This document shows positions 52,720-62,608 of a stretch of DNA of 64,000 nt, in pieces (position 1 is the stretch's first letter; every line of letters starts with the position of its first letter). Source of the DNA: Haplodiscus bocki (taxonomy: Eukaryota); NCBI GenBank assembly GCA_965655095.1, contig OZ296656.1, positions 46,624,001 through 46,688,000 of the forward strand. Reading direction: 5' to 3'. The notes under the pieces were generated by a model. The model did not search any database, was not told the DNA's origin, and was given only the letters and a program-made list of their open reading frames with translations. The position numbers and the translations under genes are program-made.

Positions 52720-54715
52720 TGTATCAGTTTTTTACTACCAATATTTCTTCATGGTCGAAAAATACAATTTTATATCGAAAGTACTTGTCTTGGAACTTGT
52801 CGTTTTGTGATCCCCATATTGAGGGAATACCAAGAAGCGCAATTAGTATTGAATTTCCTTGATGTTGTAACTGACTTTTCTCCAAAAATAAAAGTCTCCA
52901 TTCTTTCATTTGGGTCTCAGTCGGATTCCTCCATCTTGTGAAAGAGTACTCCATTGAAGAATCCGTGGTTTTGTGCCTGGGGTTTTAATCCTGATTGTCC
53001 GAAAGTTCTGAAAAATGCTATGATTTCTGATTTATATCGACATTCAAACTCACGTTTCTCAACAACTACATGTTTGAATTCTTCCATCAGGGTCTCAATC
53101 AAAAACTCCACACTTGTAGAAGAGGCTTTGATTTAAAAATCAATTGTTTTCATATTTGTGTCATATTCATTATCATCCGAACTTTCCAAGAAAGCTCCTA
53201 ATATCGATATATCTCACTTTTCATACTCAAATCTCTCAGAAAGTACAGGTTTCGTTTCTTCCATCAAGGTCTCAATTTCCTATGTAATTTCTTATGTTTG
53301 TAGAGAATTCCATTGATACACCAAGGATTTTGATCTTCGCGTCATAACCCATATAGTCCGAAAATAACAAGCGGTTTTTTCATTTCCTATATTCAAACTC
53401 ATACTTTTCTGGTACTTGAGTTTCGAGTTCTTCCACCAATGTCTCAATGGAAAGCATTAAAATTGTAGTGGAGGATTTGATCGAAAAGTCCATGTCCTTT
53501 GCATCAGAATCAAAACAGTCCAAAAAGTGCTATTAATATCGATTCATCCCGATTTTCGAATTCAGTTTTCTCCCTAACTACAGGTTTGGCTTCTTCGCGC
53601 AACGTCTCAATCGAATATCCTACACTTGTAAATGAAGATTCGATTGAAAAAAACTTTGATTTTGATACTTGCATCAGAATCCTGGTAGTCCGAAACTTCC
53701 AAAAAGTGCTAATAGTTTTGCTTCAACTTGGTTTTCAAACTCATTTTTATCCGTAACTACCGGGTTGAATTCTTCCACCGAAGTCTCCATCGACAGCTGT
53801 CAACTTGTACTAGAGTTTTTGGTTGAAACTTCAGTTTTTAAAATCCTTTCCGACAAAATGTTATTAGTCCAAAATTTCCAAAAATTGCTATAAATTTTGA
53901 TTTATCGCGATATTGAAACTCCCTAACTACTGGTTTGATTTTTTTCTAACAAGGTCTCAGTCGAAAGCGTCGAACTTGTGCTGGAGTATGTAGCTGGAAA
54001 TTTTTTCGTTTTGATCCTTGCCTCAAATTTTTGATGGTCCGATGATTCCAAATGTGCTAATAATTTTGATTGATCTCCATATTCAATCTCATAATTCCTC
54101 GTAACTACAGGCTTGATTTATTCCACCAAGGTTGCCATTGGAAAGTTTCCACTTTTTTACGAGATTGGGTTTGGAAAATTATCAATCTTTTTCCTGCATA
54201 AGAATCGTGGTAGTCCAAAAACGTCAGAATTTTTTAAATTATGGACTCATCTCGATTATTAAACTCGTGTTTCCAAAACAACTGACTTGATATCTTCCTT
54301 CAATATCTCAGTCTAGATCTTTTTACTTTCATTGGTATATTCCTTCAAAATTTATTGATTTTTTCCCTTGTAGTTGAATCCTAACGTACCAGAAAGTGGT
54401 GTTTGTCTTGATATGCCTCGATTCAAACTCATATTTCTTCAGCTCTACCTGCTTCATTTTTCCATCAACGTGTCAATCGATAGTTTATTCTTTGGGGCAG
54501 ACTCTTCGTTTCTGAAAATCATAAGAATTAACATTGGATATGGAATCCTGGCGGCAGACTATTCGTTTCTGAAAATCAGAATTTACATTGGATTTGGAAT
54601 CCTGATTGACGAGAAGTGGCAAAAGTGCTATTAGTATTGAAATAACTGCATATTCCAGCTCGTCCTTCTCGGAAACTACAGATTTGAATTCATCTATCAA
54701 GGTCTGAATCGAAGG
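52720..54715. repeat. Old, highly diverged ~173-bp tandem repeat (~11 units)
   Basis: The motif TCAAACTC...ACTACAGG.TTG..TTCTTCCA.CAA.GTCTCAATCG...ACTTGTA recurs near 53080, 53258, 53429, 53591, 53771, 53943, 54121, 54294, 54460 and 54690. Steps are 162-180 bp, and the last is lengthened by a ~55-bp duplication. Confidence 0.8.
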
Positions 54716-54729
54716 AGATATAGTTTTAG

Positions 54730-55440
54730 TTGTTTCTTAGCTTGAACAGCCTCTGATTGTGTAAGTGAGTCGTTCTTCTAAGTTCCAAGCGAGTTGTGTC
54801 ATGATAGACTGAACTGCTTGTAATGGTGGCGCCGTGACAATCGCCTGAGGACTTGCACGAGAAAAGAATTTTCTTTTCTGAACTTTTCAATTGATTCACA
54901 AAAAGACACTTACCGTATGCCAATTTTCCGTTGCAGATCAGAAAAACTTTCGAAGGGTGTTGTTTGCAGAAACACTCAAAAAGTGATCTAACCTGAGAGT
55001 AAGTTGTCGAAGGTAAGTCTTCTATCCTGGAAAGTGGGCCGTCAGTTGTTCCTAATACTGCTTAGTCTTCACGAGGAGACTCCAGTATATCAAATAGTAA
55101 GTTAGTGTTGCGACTATTTCGTTTTCGATCTGTTTTTTTTTGTGGAGTTGCTTCGATTGTCCTGGGACCTGGGTCGGCAAATCACTTCGATTTTAGATTG
55201 GCATAACGAGGGACTCAAGAATGTCGCATTCTACTTTTTGATTGCAATTCAGAAATTCTTTCGATGGGTCTGTTTGCAACAAACGACTTTTGAAGATGAT
55301 TTGTCTAATTCAATTCAAGTTTTTCATCATGGAACCCAGTTCTTTAGATGGTCTAAAGCTTGCATAAGCACACCAAAAAGACTAGATGTTTGGCATACTA
55401 AGTCTAAGGTGAGATTTTTGTCGCCAAAGAATCGTGAAAA
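54730..55440 (-). mobile_element. Possible 5'-truncated LINE 3' fragment
   Basis: Minus strand gives RFFGDKNL...LMQALDHLKNWV...IELDK, resembling the FADD...LQ.AL..L..W....L.I...K segment of non-LTR RTs. Heavily mutated. Confidence 0.35.
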
Positions 55441-56022
55441 TTGAGCTATTTTTGACTATTTGAAGACTGTTTTTGAAGATTTTCATTGTTTTCAAGTGTG
55501 GAAGTAAAATAAATTGTGCATCTGTTTAACAGGAATAGTCCACATACTGAGTTTTATCAGTCACTATGTGTTTTTTTTTGCGAAAGACTACAAAATCAAG
55601 CTATTGTGGCTATTTTGAAGTTCGTTTTTCAATTTTTATACGTGAACACAGTGGAACAAAGTTTCACATGGTTTGTGCCTGTGCCTTTAAAAGGAAAAAC
55701 GTCAAAACATAGTATTTGTAAATTGTGATTAATTGACGCGTCTTGTCAATAACAGTGATTTGAAAACAAAATGGGCAAAGAGAATTTTCATGCTTTAGTT
55801 GTCGAGCCCCAAATGGGTCTATTTTCTTTGGCTCGGCGCTGGTATAATTCATATTCAGCGCTGCTCAAGCCTCATGATCTCTGTGACTTCAATCCGAGTA
55901 TGTTAATGAGCCTTTCTTTAACTCGTGTATTTATGCAACGCTCATTGTTTTCACTTAGCTGAACTGAAACGTAGAGAGCAACTTTTACTTTGTTTCTTTT
56001 TGAGTTTGTTCTTCTGTTTCAG

Positions 56023-56163
56023 CGGAAATTGGATTGTTCTATCTGGTGTTCTACGGATTGTTGGCAGGATGGTGGGCCTTCCACCTCTACGTAGCTACCA
56101 CTCAACTGCCCGATATTGAGAATGGACCCAAATACTCAGACTATCTTTCTCACCGTGGACCAG
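56023..56163 (+). CDS. ATP1B: Na+/K+-ATPase beta-subunit family gene, internal exon A (transmembrane helix)
   Basis: Polypyrimidine TTCTTCTGTTTCAG acceptor and CAG|GTAACC donor; 141 bp, phase 1-1. Encodes xEIGLFYLVFYGLLAGWWAFHLYVATTQLPDIENGPKYSDYLSHRGP(G), matching the family signature KILLFYVIFYGCLAG...PTYQDRVAPPG. Symbol is family-level only. Confidence 0.92.
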
Positions 56164-58863
56164 GTAACCTTGCATCATCAATTTCACTCACAGTTTGATC
56201 ACGGTAGGCAAAAGCGGAAAAGCCGGAAACGAAGGTCAAATAACTTCCGAAATAAAATAGCGACTGACTAGATAAATTAAACCGACTGCGTGAAGATGAG
56301 TTACAAAAATGTAACAATGCCTACCTTCAACAATTAACATTCAAAAGGCACCCATTCAGCAGTGATGCGGTTTATCGATGGCAAATTTCAGATTGAAAGC
56401 GAAAATAAGTATAAATTTGATCAAAAATTTCGCAAGCGTGTTGTAAATTGAGAAGACGAAATGCTTATTGGGCGCCCATCCTGCAGTATGGGGGTTCGCA
56501 AACATTCAAAAGAGTTTTTGAAACTATTATTTACCGTGTAATGGAAATGTCTCCAGTTCTCCCTCTAAAATGAAACTTCAGTTTGCTTGACTAATAAAAT
56601 TTTTCGTCCAAGTCTTGCATTTTCTCATAAAGTGTCGCGGTTTCACATAATGTATGCGAGATAAAACCACCGATTTAGAACTGGGTAAAAACCAGCGATT
56701 TTGAAAGAGACAATGCCGTAGATGTTTAGAACGGGTCGAAACCGCCGATTTCGAAAACGAGACAGAACCGCGAGTACCAAAATATTCAAAAATAGTCTTT
56801 TTACATATTCTGACTGTGTGTTGGAAGTTGGAAAGGAAGAATGTGTATTGGAAACCGGCTTATGCATAGTTTTTTATCATGTCTAAAACTTGCATTTTGT
56901 GACGTAATCAGAGAGTCTAGTCATCTAGTGTAAACGGTCAGAAAGGGCCATTTTTTTTAACATCTTGGCAGTTACATGCATGGTTATTTTCGCGTTCTCA
57001 AATTTGCAAAATTTTTGAACATTGTTCTGAAAAATGAACAACAGCGTTCTGAAAGGTAATGTTTCGCACAACAAGGTTTTGAATATGAGACGGTGTGGGC
57101 AGTGTATCAGTTGTCCCCAGAAAACGTTACATGTAAAAATTTGGAGCTCCGAGAATGGCTAATAGTTTTGAAGTTTTGTTGACTAATATTGACCATTTTG
57201 AGAGCTAGAGATTTCGACGTGTAGCGTTTTTAGGGAACTAAGTGTTGTTCATTTATGGCGTTGTTTACTCTGTAAGTCTTTCAAACATTGGGCAGCAAAA
57301 CAGCGAATCTAAAAAGACATGATTGACGAATCAACTTTTCGAGTATAAGACACTGACTGGTTCTTGTCTCATTTCGACTTTTTCGAAAAACCTTTTGATA
57401 ACGATTTAGTGTAGTATTTCTAAAAGTGTCAATCATGTATGCTATCAAGGTTGAAATGTCTCTCAGGACTTTTAATCTGCCGACTTGATCTTCGATTTCA
57501 ACTGAAAAGTCAGAATGTGTTTCGAAATTCGTCATCGCGTCTGTGTTGAACTCATGCCCCTCGTGTAAGGGGGTATCAAGAAAAATAGTGTATGGAAGGG
57601 AGCACCATAAACTTTTACTTCCGGTCGTGTTGAAAAATCTGAAAAATATAAGCCCCAAAATTTCAGATAAGTTGCATTTGCTGTGGGATTTTAGTTTATT
57701 CGTGTTTTGGTACGCTAGTTTTGTGTTTCTCTAGAATTTTTGAATTTTTGCCTTGCATTTTCACTTTTTTGAAAACTATAATGATGCAGAAGCGGGAATC
57801 TAGAATAATACTGTAAAATTATTTGAGAGTGATATATAATTAGAAGTGTTTTGGGGGCTTGACGTACAACAGATCTAGCCAAACTTTCATGTTTTTTTCT
57901 TGCTGAATTTTCGCTCTTTCAATTTCAATATCTACCTTTTAGCTACAAGTACAATGCGAAACCAATGCGAAAGAAATTCTGGAGGATTTCTCATGAAAAA
58001 TGAGGCTTTTTGCAAGAGAAAAATCTTTTTATCATTCTTCATATAAAATTTCGCTATATTTCTTAACCTTTGTTTTTTTGCGAAATCATTTTGTTGACTA
58101 TGCATCCAGCTGCATTAGATACATAGTGATAATTCTTGAGGAATTTTTCAAATTTCTGAAAATTTAGTCGAGAATTGTACTTCTGGTGCTTTCCAGTCAG
58201 CCAAAAAAACTAGTTTTGTGATAGAATTTTCGTTCTATATTTCAAGGCAACTTTTAGCTACAAATTGACTATGGCTCAGTACACTGGGATGAATTTGGGA
58301 AACAGTTTGGTAATTTGGATGTTTTCGTCGAAAAATACTGTTTTTATGGTGTCTGGAAATAGTTCAAAAATCGCTGACTTCTTGATTAGTCCGGATTTTT
58401 TCAACTCTTGATATCCAAAACATCTTGTAGGTGCTAGTGTATCAAATTGATAGAATAATGTTTTGCCTAATTTAGCAGTTATCTCTAAAGTTTTTGAAAA
58501 TGAAGGTTTTTGGTTGTTTTTAAGTTGAACAAAAATGGAAAGTTTTTGCGTTTTTTGGGAGTACTTAGTCTTTTGTCATCCAAATCAGTTTTTATGCTAC
58601 AACCTCATTCGAAGGCAATTAAGTCATATATTTGAATCGATTGTCCTCAAATTTTCAGCGAAAATGTAAATTCTGATCTTCCCTTTCGTTTCCAAAGGCT
58701 TCGATAATCGTGCAACGCCAGGGCCTTTATCAAAAACCGGCTGTTTTTTCCCATATAAAATCGGCGGTTTCGTCCTGCTCTCCCATTAGCTATAATTATT
58801 GTTATCGGGCAGACTAAAAAATTGGGACCAATATGTTTATTTGTCAAGAAGTTTTGTTTTTAG

Positions 58864-58971
58864 GTTTGCACTCTATTCCAAGCGCCGATGTCATTGGACG
58901 AGATAGACAGAGAATCTATTACTACAACAAGAAAGATGACTATGTCAATGAAACCCGCTCTTTCTTCAATG
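58864..58971 (+). CDS. ATP1B: Na+/K+-ATPase beta-subunit family gene, exon B
   Basis: TTTTGTTTTTAG acceptor and G|GTAAGT donor; 108 bp, phase 1-1, in frame with exon A. Encodes (G)LHSIPSADVIGRDRQRIYYYNKKDDYVNETRSFFN, cf. family GL..IP...I.F...YV..I..FL. Confidence 0.85.
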
Positions 58972-59405
58972 GTAAGTTCTCTCATTTGTTTTGTCATCAC
59001 TCCATAGCGTTATCAACAGTGACAATGAGTTCACTGAATCCTATTGAGAATCCTCGATCAAAACCTTCACCTGGTCAACTGAGAACTTTCAGGAAACAAC
59101 CAGAAAAAAATTATCTGGAAAAATTGGATGTTAATGTGCATGTAGAAAAATGCGACCTATTATCGTTCCAAAAGTTGCCGGGGAAAACGCAGTTTACAAG
59201 AAACTGCAGATAGATTGAAAGCATGCAAATAGTTTTCTGCAATCTTTTTTCTGAAGTAGGCTAATGGACTTCTTCATGTTAATTGTTACCGAGTGGAAAA
59301 ATATCGCATCTCGAAAATTTCGAACAACGCTAATCAATTTTCTAGACAAAGAGGAAAGTTTTGATGAGATACTGTTGAGCGATGCAAATGTTTTGCTTGT
59401 TTTAG

Positions 59406-59512
59406 GTAGCAATTCAGACTTCAGTGATGGCGTCTACAAAGATTGCTCGAAGGCAAATTTCGATAACTCATGGGATAAATACCAACCCTGCTTCTATTTC
59501 TACCTGAATGCT
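59406..59512 (+). CDS. ATP1B: Na+/K+-ATPase beta-subunit family gene, exon C
   Basis: TTGCTTGTTTTAG acceptor and T|GTAAGT donor; 107 bp, phase 1-0. Encodes (G)SNSDFSDGVYKDCSKANFDNSWDKYQPCFYFYLNA, cf. family CS...Y..GKPC..IKLNR (second disulfide pair). Confidence 0.88.
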
Positions 59513-60177
59513 GTAAGTTTAGCAACGAACTCGCATTCGTATCTCATAGATCACCATCTTGCACTTGAATGCTATCCTATTTGCGGGGCTCCAGCATTCA
59601 AAACAATTCTTGAATATTTTCAAAGCAAATTTGAACATCGCTCAAGTTTCATTCAATGCACAAGCTCTTGCAATTACAGATTCTTACATTTATTAAACAT
59701 ATTTTTTAAGTAGAAAAACGTACATTTACAATAATAAATTCATCCTATTAATGCCGAAAAGCAAAAAGCTATGTGAAAAATCCCCCCCCCTCTCAAAAAA
59801 AATCAACTATACTTTTCACAGAAAACTTGTAGAAACAAAAATTATCTTTTCTATGCTTGTTTAATTTTTGCTATTTCACTCTCCGCTGCCGTTCGCTTTC
59901 TTGTAGCTGCTGAGTGGTTCAAACTTGAAGTATGAGTGAACTTCATTTGTCAGTCCTGTCAATGATCAATCATTTTCCCATTTCTGTTTCAAAATTATCG
60001 GTCTTTTATGCAAAATTACTCTTTTTTTGGTATGTTACTTTTAAAGCTTAATGCCTTGCAGCCTGGGTCTAACCGAATGTTCTTACAAAGTTAAGATCGA
60101 CTCAATTCAGCTATTGTTCTATTTATCTTCAAGATATTATTTTATTCCAATGTATAAATAGTTGTTTTTTTTTTCAG

Positions 60178-60243
60178 ATTCACGGTTTCGTTCCCGAGCC
60201 TAAAGCGGAAGGAGAACCAGTGACAATCTCCTGTCGGGCTTCT
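60178..60243 (+). CDS. ATP1B: Na+/K+-ATPase beta-subunit family gene, exon D
   Basis: T-run-CAG acceptor and T|GTTAGT donor; 66 bp, phase 0-0. Encodes IHGFVPEPKAEGEPVTISCRAS, cf. family (V/I)xGFxP.P...V.C.G. The remaining 3' exons (YFPY...PLVAV...EC) were not found in the window. Confidence 0.85.
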
Positions 60244-60464
60244 GTTAGTAAACGTATTGTACACTTGCCGAATGAAATCTAAAGTGAGATTATTACATGT
60301 TCTGCGAAATCCTTGCTACCTTTTGCAGATTTAAAGCTACAAAATCAACTTGAGAGAGGCCTAGTTGCGAAAATAAAATGACGCTCTAATAAAATAATTA
60401 TTAGAGATGAAACTCATCATCTCTAATAAGTTAGTACGAATTATGACTGTTAATATGAAGATTC

Positions 60465-60683
60465 AAGTATACGAAGTACTTATAGTGTTGCTCGGTTTTT
60501 GTTTTTTTACGCTTTTTCTAACGACATTTTGCGACGTCCAAAATCAGGAATTTTGTGCGACATGTGAAAAAGTTTCGAAACGCAGCAAACTGCATGGGAG
60601 AAACGGAAGAACTATTTGGAGCATCATAGTAGCGCTGAAAGCGTAAAAATGAAGAAAATTATCCAAAGTCCTATCCGCCTTGG
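60465..60683. repeat. Dispersed ~230-bp repeat, copy 3
   Basis: ACGAAGTACTTATAGTGTTGCTCGG...ACATTTTGCGAC...AAGTCCTATCCGCCTTGG. More diverged than copies 1-2 and abuts the 3' end of the sulfotransferase pseudogene. Confidence 0.8.
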
Positions 60684-60689
60684 ACAACT

Positions 60690-61782
60690 GCTTTTTCCTT
60701 TCCGATAGTCCTGCTCATAGCCAAAAGAGGCATAGTCGTGCTGGTGTTTCTTAATGAGTTTATGGACGTATTTGATATCAACGTCAGCAAATGCTTCGGG
60801 ATGCTCTTTTTGATAGGGGCAGTCGTGAAATCTTGGACTAACTGGAGCCTCATTGATAGCGTAGCTCATTCCTTTGTGCAGACTGATTTTGTTGTAGATC
60901 ATGTAACTCAGGTCAACCGAATGCGACTAGAATCTTCCCACGAAAGAGAAATTGGACAGACAAGGATTGCAGTATTTAAAGTAGCTCGCGAACTGATCGT
61001 CCTCGTTCAGCCGGCCAACATCCTCGTTCGCCAAAACTTTCAAAACTTGGCCCAAAGTAGGGGTTCCATCAGTTGTGATCCCAAGACGGTCTTTGAACTG
61101 CCATTTTTGATCGGGGTCACAGAATTTATTGAAGTATGCGGATATTAGTTTGGCAATGGGGATCCTGACAAATATTGCTCCAAGATATTTTTTGGAGAAA
61201 ACTTCATGTAAAGCTTCACTCTATAATCTATCAAGCTTCATAACTTCGGAATCCAGCGTTGGGTGTTTATATTTTGCTATTTGAATATTTTTGCCTGGGT
61301 GAAAGGCCTTCCATAAAATGAAAGAACGAAGAGTCATCCCAGCCTTGGCCGACCGGCATTCGTAGAATTTATAAGGCTCCAGAAAGCTGTAGAAGCTACC
61401 GTATTTATGAAAATGACTTTCGGCTAGTGCTTTTTTGATACCATTAGTTTTCAGTGAGGTTAAACTCCGAATTTTTCCAGCAATAATCCCTAATTTTGTT
61501 TAAACGCAGTTTCTCTATGCGCTGCAAATAGTTCACCATATAAAGCATTGTTTCAATCATTCGAATACTTCTGTCTTGGGGAATTATATCTTCGTCAGTG
61601 TCGTCACAGATAGAATTCAAACGTGTCGCCTTGCGGAAAATGTCGACACTGGAGGTATAAAACTTGGTAACAGTTAGGCTAATCACAAACAGCAAAGATA
61701 TTCAGAATATTTTTCTCAAGTTCTTCTTCGATGCCGTTGCAAAACGCCTCAAGAGGTTTCTACGGCCACAAACAAAAGGCAT
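60690..61782 (-). pseudogene. Intronless carbohydrate sulfotransferase pseudogene (Sulfotransfer_2; CHST8-14/HNK-1ST-like)
   Basis: From ATG 61782: basic N-tail, hydrophobic anchor (IF*ISLLFVISLTV), stem RLNKIRDYC, 5'-PSB-like YECRSAKAGMT, 3'-PB-like FVRIPIAKLISAYFNKF, YCNPCLSNFSFVGRF*, and C-terminal DYASFGY. Disabled by TGA (~61703), a frameshift (~61445), TAG (61221-61223) and TAG (60927-60929). Confidence 0.85.
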
Positions 61783-62519
61783 GACTTCTGCTGTGTCGTC
61801 TTGTCGTGTAGAAGTCAAAATGAATTATGTACCGAAACACGAATTAACTGGAATTGTGTTGAAAAGAATTGGAAATGGTTTTTGACTTCTGTTTGGTCTC
61901 GGATGATACTTTGCCTCACAAGTTCAAATTATATGAAGTTATGCTAAGATTTATGACGTTTTGGATAAGCAACTATCACTATTATGAGTTTGTTGAACTG
62001 TTTGGTTCTCGATTTTTCAATCTAATTAATGAAATTTATGGTCGATTCTATATATGGAACTTATTGAATAGACTTAGTTGGTACTAAATCTATAATAGCT
62101 TTAGATGACACAATACTCGTTCGAATACGACCAAACTTAGGAACTTATTCATCTACAGAACTAAACTAATTTTGCAATTAAGGTTAAAAGTTTTCTGCTG
62201 ACTCGCGTCCTGAGATGTATGGATTATTTGTGTAATTGGAGATTAATGAAAATGAAATGGAACATAAAAAGCTACTGCATAACTCATTGTACATGTTAAC
62301 CAAAATTTGCTCAAGAATCTCAAAACCTTTCGTCTTCTGACCTTTCCTTCATTTGCGCTATTGCTAGTTTGAGTAAGGGCTCTCTGCTTCCAACGGGTGA
62401 ACAAATTATACAAGAAGGCTGGCCACCACCGACATATTTTCCGCTCTCTAAATTTGCTAAAGATACCATTTGGAAGGATAAAAGCGTTATTTCGAAAAAA
62501 TATCTTCAGCAAATTTTGA

Positions 62520-62608
62520 TAATTTTTCCAAATTTCAAGTTTTCCTGATTTCTGCAAAAATGTTTTTTTTTTGCAGAAATCAGGAAAACTTAAAATTTGG
62601 AAAAATTA
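62520..62608. repeat. Near-perfect inverted repeat (hairpin/cruciform), ~41-bp arms
   Basis: TAATTTTTCCAAATTTCAAGTTTTCCTGATTTCTGCAAAAA - short T-rich spacer - TTTTTGCAGAAATCAGGAAAACTTAAAATTTGGAAAAATTA, with one mismatch. Confidence 0.9.

Noticed and set aside
52720-54715. 173-bp repeat as the ancestor of the 714-bp monomer (4 x ~178)
   Set aside because: No shared sequence motifs visible between the two; only the length arithmetic fits.
58833-59713. ORF-track proteins of 126 aa and 149 aa as standalone genes
   Set aside because: Each is a real short exon (58864-58971, 59406-59512) extended by intronic read-through.
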